Part shown: one piece after another, positions 24,297-29,449 of the stretch | How positions within the stretch are numbered: the first letter of the stretch is position 1 | Layout of the letters: each line of letters opens with the position of its first letter | Assembly (NCBI RefSeq): GCF_001598795.1 | Contig: NZ_BCZP01000043.1 | Coordinates: 1-29,449, forward strand | Origin: Delftia acidovorans NBRC 14950 | Lineage (GTDB): Bacteria > Pseudomonadota > Gammaproteobacteria > Burkholderiales > Burkholderiaceae_C | Direction: 5' to 3' | Length of the DNA: 29,449 bases | Position numbers and translations under genes: made by a program | The notes under the pieces: generated by a model | The model's input: the letters and a program-made list of their open reading frames with translations, nothing else | Databases searched by the model: none | Told to the model about the DNA's origin: nothing

Positions 24297-25268
24297 ATGG
24301 CAAAGGCCATACGCTTTCATACCACCGGCGGCCCCGAGGTGCTCAGGCTGGAGCATGCCGAGGCCGGCGCGCCGGGACCCGGCCAGGCGCGCGTGCGCCA
24401 CAGCTTCATCGCCGTCAACTTCATCGACATCTATTTCCGCACGGGCCGCTATCCGCTGGCCCTGCCCAACGGCCTGGGCTCGGACGCCGTGGGCGTGGTC
24501 GAGGCCGTGGGGGAGGGCGTGACCGAAGTGCGGCCCGGCGACCGCGTGGGCTACCTGATGGGCCCGCAGGGCGCCTACAGCGATGTGCGCGTGATGCCGG
24601 CCGAGGTGCTGATCCCGCTGCCCGACGGCATCAGCGACCGCACGGCGGCCACGCTGATGATGAAGGGCATGACGGCGCAGTACCTGTTCCGCCAGGTCCA
24701 TCCGCTGCAGGGGGGCGAAACCATCCTCTACCACGCGGCGGCCGGCGGCGTGGGGCTGATCGCCTGCCAGTGGGCGCGTGCGCTGGGCGTGACCATGATC
24801 GGCACGGTGAGCACCGACGAGAAGGCCGCCGCCGCGCGCGCCAACGGCTGCACCCACGTCATCGTGACCTCGCGCGAGAACACCGTCGCTCGCGTGATGG
24901 AGATCACGGGCGGCAAGGGCGTGCCCGTGGTCTATGACTCGGTGGGCAAGGACACCCTCATGGATTCGCTGGACTGCCTGCAGCCGCGCGGCCGGCTGAT
25001 CAGCAACGGCACCTCGTCGGGCTCGGTGGTGGTGGACTCCCAGCTGCTGGCCTCCAAGGGATCGATCTGGATGACGCGGCCCGCGATGGTGCACTACATC
25101 CAGCCGCGCGCCCACATGCTGGAGATGGCGCGCGAGCTGTTCGACCATGTGCTGGCCGGGCGCATCGCCAGCGAGCCCCAGCAAAGCTTTGCGCTCGCCG
25201 ATGCGGCCCAGGCGCACCGGGCGCTGGAGTCGCGCCGCACCACGGGCGCGACGGTGCTGATTCCCTGA
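24297..25268 (+). CDS. Medium-chain dehydrogenase/reductase, NADPH:quinone oxidoreductase-like
   Basis: 323 aa with an AAGGAGA SD. It has a GroES-like N-domain (GLGSDAVGVVEAVGEGV) and the cofactor motif YHAAAGGVGLIACQWA. It lacks the zinc-ligand Cys pattern, as Qor-type enzymes do. Confidence 0.85.
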   Translation: MAKAIRFHTTGGPEVLRLEHAEAGAPGPGQARVRHSFIAVNFIDIYFRTGRYPLALPNGLGSDAVGVVEAVGEGVTEVRPGDRVGYLMGPQGAYSDVRVMPAEVLIPLPDGISDRTAATLMMKGMTAQYLFRQVHPLQGGETILYHAAAGGVGLIACQWARALGVTMIGTVSTDEKAAAARANGCTHVIVTSRENTVARVMEITGGKGVPVVYDSVGKDTLMDSLDCLQPRGRLISNGTSSGSVVVDSQLLASKGSIWMTRPAMVHYIQPRAHMLEMARELFDHVLAGRIASEPQQSFALADAAQAHRALESRRTTGATVLIP

Positions 25269-25288
25269 GCGATGAACACGAGACCTCC

Positions 25289-26500
25289 ATGCCCCGTCTT
25301 CACCCTCCCTTCCCCGGCCTGTGCGCTTTCTGCGTGGCAGGCGCGGCCGCCGCCCAGGCGCCCACCTCGGTCACGCTGTTCGGCGTGATGGACGCCGGCA
25401 TCAGCCGCTACAGCGTGCGCAGCGATTCCTGGGACGCGGGCCCCGCGCGCTCGGCGCGGCAAAGCACCTTGGCGCTGTCGCCTTCGGGCAACCTGGCCAG
25501 CCGCATCGGCATACGCGCCAGCGAGGACCTGGGCGGCGGCCTCATGGCCGGCCTGTGGCTGGAGGCGCCGGTGGCCAATGACACGGGCGGCGGCGCGCTC
25601 AACTTCGGGCGGCGCGCCACCATCAGCCTGTCCGGGCGCCTGGGCGAGCTGCGCATGGGGCGCGACCACACGCCTTCGTTTCTGAACGACTGGGCCTTCG
25701 ACCCCTTCACCGTCAACGGCGTGGGCACCAACCTGATCGCCGTGGTCAACAGCAACCTGGCCATCGCCCGCGCGCTGGCCACGGGCGGCCTGCTGGGCGG
25801 CGGGCTGTCGGCGGGCACGGACACCTATCTGCGCGCAGGCAACTCCATCGGCTATTTCCTGCCGCCGGGCCTGGGCGGCGTCTACGGGCAGGCCATGTAC
25901 GCCTTTCCCGAGAACAGCTCGAAGCGGGGGCGCTACGCGGGTGCCCGCATCGGCTGGGCCATGGGGGCGGCCGATGTGGCGCTGGGCTATGGCGAGAACA
26001 CCCTGGGCACCTCGGGCGCCGGCGCGGAAAAGATCCGGTCGCTGAACCTGGGCGGCTCCTATGACTTCGGCCCGGTCAAGCTGTTTGGCGAATGGTCCGG
26101 CGTGCGCAACGAGCGGCGCGACGCCGGCACGCTGGCCGCCATCAATGACCGCTACCTGGGCGTGCTGGCCGGCGTGAACATCCCCGTGGGCCAGGGGGCG
26201 CTGCGCGCCTCCTATGCACGTGTGCAGTTCAGGAATGGCCAGGGCCTGGCCGACGGCGATTCCTCGGTGAACAAGCTCGCCCTGGGCTATGTGCACCCGC
26301 TGTCCAAACGCACGGCGCTGTACGCCACGGTGTCGCGCATCAGCGTGGGCAACGGGCGCAACAACCCGGGCGTGATGGGCGTGACGCCGCTGGTGGTCAG
26401 CAACCCGGCCATCCTGCCCCAGCCCGGCTACCTGACCACGGGCGGCATGCAGCCGGCCGGCGCGCTGGGGCTGGACCTGGGCCTGCGGCTGATGTTCTGA
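25289..26500 (+). CDS. Outer-membrane porin (Burkholderiales general-porin type)
   Basis: 403 aa with a signal peptide ending AAAAQA, then SVTLFGVMDAGI. Beta-strands alternate throughout and the terminal residue is Phe (...LGLRLMF). Confidence 0.85.
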   Translation: MPRLHPPFPGLCAFCVAGAAAAQAPTSVTLFGVMDAGISRYSVRSDSWDAGPARSARQSTLALSPSGNLASRIGIRASEDLGGGLMAGLWLEAPVANDTGGGALNFGRRATISLSGRLGELRMGRDHTPSFLNDWAFDPFTVNGVGTNLIAVVNSNLAIARALATGGLLGGGLSAGTDTYLRAGNSIGYFLPPGLGGVYGQAMYAFPENSSKRGRYAGARIGWAMGAADVALGYGENTLGTSGAGAEKIRSLNLGGSYDFGPVKLFGEWSGVRNERRDAGTLAAINDRYLGVLAGVNIPVGQGALRASYARVQFRNGQGLADGDSSVNKLALGYVHPLSKRTALYATVSRISVGNGRNNPGVMGVTPLVVSNPAILPQPGYLTTGGMQPAGALGLDLGLRLMF

Positions 26501-26537
26501 ACGGCTGGGCCAATCGTTCTGAACGGCCGTGCCAATA
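26494..26537. repeat. 22-nt tandem duplication spanning the porin stop codon
   Basis: GTTCTGAACGGCTGGGCCAATC (26494-26515) is followed directly by GTTCTGAACGGCCGTGCCAATA (26516-26537). 19 of 22 positions are identical. Confidence 0.8.
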
Positions 26538-26584
26538 GCCGTGGCGCCCGGGTGCCCATCTTCGCCTGCGCTAATCTGCGCGGC

Positions 26585-29119
26585 ATGAATGGATCTTCTG
26601 CATGGACCCTGGGTTGGCGCACCCTGTGGCGCGACCTGCGCGCGGGCGAGTTGCGCCTGTTGATCGTCGCCGTGATGCTGGCTGTGGCCGCGCTCAGCTC
26701 GGTGGGCTTTTTTGCCGACCGGCTGCAGGCGGGGCTGCAGCGCGATGCACGCCAGCTGCTGGGCGGCGACGTGGTCGTGGTCGGCGACAACCCCACGGCG
26801 CCGGCCTTTGGCGAGCGCGCACGCGCCGAAGGGCTGCAGGCCCTGGAGACATCCAGCTTCCCGACCATGGCGCGCGCCAGCGACGCGCAAGGCGGCATGA
26901 GCCGCCTGGTGGCGCTCAAGAGCGTGCCCGAAGGTTATCCGCTGCGCGGCAGCCTGCGCGTGGCCGATGCCCCCGGCGCGGCCGACCGGGCCACGCGCGA
27001 GATACCGGCGCGGGGTGAGGCCTGGGTCGATGCGCCGCTGCTGGAGTCGCTGGGCATAGGCGTGGGGGACATGCTGCTGCTGGGCGACGCCCAACTGCGC
27101 GTGGCGCGCATCATCTCCATCGAGCCCGACCGGGGCGCGGGCTTCATGAACTTTGCGCCGCGCGTGATGATCACCTCCGCCGACCTGGCCGCCACAGGCC
27201 TGGTGCAGCCGGCCAGCCGCATCACCTACCGCCTGGCCGTGGCCGGCGCGGGTGATGGCTCCGAGCCGGCCGTGCAGCGCTACCGCGTCTGGGCCGAGCA
27301 GCAGGCCAAGGCGCCCGGCGTGCATGGCGTGCGCGTGGAGTCGCTGGACAGCGGCCGCCCCGAGATGCGCCAGACGCTGGACCGCGCCGAGAAATTCCTG
27401 AGCCTGGTCGCCCTGCTGGCGGCGCTGCTGTCGGCCGTGGCCGTGGCCCTGGCTGCGCGCGGCTTTGCCAACAGCCACCTGGATGCCTCGGCCATGCTGC
27501 GCGTGCTCGGCCAGAGCCAGCGGCGCATCGCGGGTGCCTATACAGTGGAGTTCGTGCTGGTCGGTCTGGCCTCCAGCGCCGCTGGCGTGCTGCTGGGCTG
27601 GGCCATCCACCATGTGTTCGTGCTGCTGCTGGCCGGGCTGGTGGAAACCGCCTTGCCCGCACCAGGCCTGTGGCCTGCGGCCTTCGGCGTGGGCATGGGG
27701 CTGACCCTGCTGCTGGCCTTTGGCCTGCCGCCCGTGCTGCAGCTGGCGCGCGTGCCGCCGCTGCGTGTCATGCGCCGCGACCTGGGCGCGCTCAAGCCTG
27801 CCTCGGTGGTGGTGCTGGCCGTGGGCGTGGCAGGCTTTGCGGCCTTGCTGCTGGCGGCCAGCCGCGACATCAAACTGGGCCTGATCGCCGTGGGTGGCTT
27901 TGCCGTGGCCGTGCTGCTGTTCGCGGCCCTGGGCTGGCTGGCTGTGCAGGTGCTGCGCCGCCTGGTGCACGAGAGCACGGCGCCGCGCTGGCTGGTGCTG
28001 GCCACGCGCCAGATCGCCGCGCGCCCCGCCTATGCCGTGGTGCAGATCAGCAGCCTGGCCGTGGGGCTGCTGGCGCTCATGCTGCTGGTGCTGCTGCGCA
28101 CCGACCTTATCGGCAGCTGGCGCCAGGCCACGCCGGCCAATGCGCCCAACCGCTTCGTCATCAACGTGCAGCCCGAGCAGGCCGACGGTTTCCGCGCGGC
28201 GCTGGCCAAGGCTGGCGTCACCTCCTATGACTGGTTCCCCATGATCCGGGGGCGTCTGGTCACCGTCAACGGCAAGCCGGTCAGCCCCGACGACTTCAGC
28301 GAAGACCGCGCCAAGCGCCTGGTAGACCGGGAGTTCAACCTCTCCACCACGGCGCAGGCGCCCGCGCACAACCTGATCACGGCGGGCACCTGGACGCCTG
28401 GCGCCAAGGGCGAGATCAGCGTGGAGGACGGCATTGCCGAGACCCTGGGCCTCAAGCTCGGCGACACGCTGGGCTTCGACGTGGGCGGCGTGCCCAGCGA
28501 GGCGCGCATCACCAGCCTGCGCAAGGTGGACTGGGGATCCATGCGTGCCAACTTCTTCGTGATCTATCCCGTGGACCACCTGGACGACGTGGCCGTCAGC
28601 TACCTGGCCGCCTACCGCGCGCCCGACGTGGCGGGCTTCGACAACGCCCTGGTGCGCGAGTTTCCCAACATCACCAACGTGGACCTGAGCACCACGCTCG
28701 CCCAGGTGCAGCGCGTGCTGGACCAGGTGATACGCGCGGTGGAGTTCCTCTTCGGCTTCACCCTGGCCGCCGGCCTGGTCGTGCTCTTCGCCGCCGTCAC
28801 CGCCACGCGCGAGGAGCGCGCCCGCGAGTACGCCATCATGCGCGCCGTCGGTGCCCAGGCCCGGCTGCTGGCGCAGGTGCAGCGCGCCGAGCTGGCTGGC
28901 GTGGGCCTGCTGGCGGGTTTCCTTGCCAGCTGCGCGGCCGGTGCCGTGGGCTGGGCCCTGGCGCGCTGGGTGTTCGAGTTCAACTGGACCGTGCCCTGGT
29001 GGGCTCCGCTGGCGGGGGCTGTTGCCGGGGCCTTGCTGGCCTGGATGGCGGGGTGGTGGGCGTTGCGGGAGGTGTTGAGGAGGCCTGTGATGGATACGTT
29101 GAGGCAGGTGGCTGAGTAG
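26585..29119 (+). CDS. ABC transporter permease with two FtsX/MacB-type domains (YbbP-like)
   Basis: 844 aa from ATG 26585. Two modules each consist of TM1, a large periplasmic domain and three TMs; the second module ends at the C-terminus. This is typical of YbbP-like double-FtsX permeases. No ATPase gene is adjacent in the window. Confidence 0.8.
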   Translation: MNGSSAWTLGWRTLWRDLRAGELRLLIVAVMLAVAALSSVGFFADRLQAGLQRDARQLLGGDVVVVGDNPTAPAFGERARAEGLQALETSSFPTMARASDAQGGMSRLVALKSVPEGYPLRGSLRVADAPGAADRATREIPARGEAWVDAPLLESLGIGVGDMLLLGDAQLRVARIISIEPDRGAGFMNFAPRVMITSADLAATGLVQPASRITYRLAVAGAGDGSEPAVQRYRVWAEQQAKAPGVHGVRVESLDSGRPEMRQTLDRAEKFLSLVALLAALLSAVAVALAARGFANSHLDASAMLRVLGQSQRRIAGAYTVEFVLVGLASSAAGVLLGWAIHHVFVLLLAGLVETALPAPGLWPAAFGVGMGLTLLLAFGLPPVLQLARVPPLRVMRRDLGALKPASVVVLAVGVAGFAALLLAASRDIKLGLIAVGGFAVAVLLFAALGWLAVQVLRRLVHESTAPRWLVLATRQIAARPAYAVVQISSLAVGLLALMLLVLLRTDLIGSWRQATPANAPNRFVINVQPEQADGFRAALAKAGVTSYDWFPMIRGRLVTVNGKPVSPDDFSEDRAKRLVDREFNLSTTAQAPAHNLITAGTWTPGAKGEISVEDGIAETLGLKLGDTLGFDVGGVPSEARITSLRKVDWGSMRANFFVIYPVDHLDDVAVSYLAAYRAPDVAGFDNALVREFPNITNVDLSTTLAQVQRVLDQVIRAVEFLFGFTLAAGLVVLFAAVTATREERAREYAIMRAVGAQARLLAQVQRAELAGVGLLAGFLASCAAGAVGWALARWVFEFNWTVPWWAPLAGAVAGALLAWMAGWWALREVLRRPVMDTLRQVAE

Positions 29120-29190
29120 GTCTTTGGGTTCTGTTTTTTGCCCCTGCCGGGTGGTTGTTTTTCGAGGCCGGGGTTCGGCCCGGCAGCCGA

Positions 29191-29222
29191 CCCGCTTTCT
29201 TGTCGCGCGACAAGAAAGCGGG
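29191..29222. repeat. 32-nt perfect palindrome
   Basis: CCCGCTTTCTTGTCGC|GCGACAAGAAAGCGGG. It sits 72 nt downstream of the permease stop. A smaller hairpin, GCCGGG/CCCGGC, lies at 29167-29184. Confidence 0.8.
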
Positions 29223-29242
29223 GCAAAGAAGCGCGCCCCAAA

Positions 29243-29429
29243 CTGCCCACGACCCTTCGCTTCGCTACGGGCGACCTGCGTTGGGCGGGATGCGGGGTGT
29301 GCCGCAGAACTCACTCCTTGCGCCTGCGGCGCAATCCGTTCAAACAACTGCGGCAAGTCAGATGACGAAGCAAGCCTGTCCTTCGGCAGGCTTGCCACCC
29401 CGCATCCCGCCCAACGCAGGCGTGGGCAG
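29243..29429. repeat. Nested inverted-repeat element (REP/MITE-like or structured RNA)
   Basis: The 25-nt arms CCTGCGTTGGGCGGGATGCGGGGTG (29275-29299) and CACCCCGCATCCCGCCCAACGCAGG (29396-29420) are exact reverse complements. An outer pair, CTGCCCACG (29243-29251) and CGTGGGCAG (29421-29429), extends them. Internal hairpins are GCAAGCCTG/CAGGCTTGC (29370-29395) and GCCGCAG/CTGCGGC (29301-29330). Confidence 0.75.
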
Positions 29430-29449
29430 AAGGGGGGAGGCTGAGGGAT

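Noticed and set aside
25094-29398. 1434-aa minus-strand ORF, the longest in the track
   Set aside because: It runs antisense across the porin and the FtsX permease, both of which have clear family features on the plus strand. Its Arg/Gly/Ala/His/Gln-rich, low-complexity composition is typical of shadow ORFs in high-G+C DNA, and it shows no motif.
29124-29444. 106-aa ORF, and the overlapping ORFs 29138-29365 and 28612-29250
   Set aside because: They are drawn across the palindromes and inverted repeats of the terminal repeat element. Reading frames in such elements are by-products of the repeat sequence.

Overview
This is a high-G+C segment, roughly two-thirds G+C by eye. Gene content and codon bias fit a betaproteobacterium of the Burkholderiales/Comamonadaceae type (Xsc, a Bug-family binding protein, a Burkholderiales-style porin). 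I support 24 protein genes plus one doubtful small ORF. I saw no rRNA, tRNA, CRISPR array, transposase or integrase.

Gene order:
- xsc (-), divergent from a translationally coupled iclR-cobS-cobT trio (+)
- an alpha/beta hydrolase (-)
- a DUF2946 / SCO1 / TonB-dependent receptor copper-type module (+)
- a Cache-PAS-GGDEF diguanylate cyclase (+)
- a ~1 kb lower-G+C cassette with one exported orphan gene (-), flanked by diverged direct copies of the junction it interrupts
- a membrane protein plus a low-molecular-weight phosphotyrosine phosphatase (LMW-PTP) (-)
- a small exported protein, a GNAT and a 534-aa orphan (-)
- nirBD (-), behind a consensus-perfect sigma-54 promoter
- an AraC regulator (-), divergent from a tightly spaced TauD-family dioxygenase / BKACE (beta-keto acid cleavage enzyme) / Bug SBP (substrate-binding protein) / quinone-oxidoreductase-like / porin operon (+)
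- a double-FtsX ABC permease (+)
- a heavily structured inverted-repeat element at the 3' edge

The best candidates for undescribed biology are:
- the orphan CobS/CobT AAA+/vWA pair fused into an operon with an IclR regulator, with no cobN in the window
- the 534-aa orphan / GNAT / small exported protein cluster behind nirD
- the predicted hydroxylase - dehydrogenase - beta-keto-acid-cleavage pathway
- the junction-duplicating cassette insertion

All family assignments rest on motifs I can read in the translations. No database search was possible.
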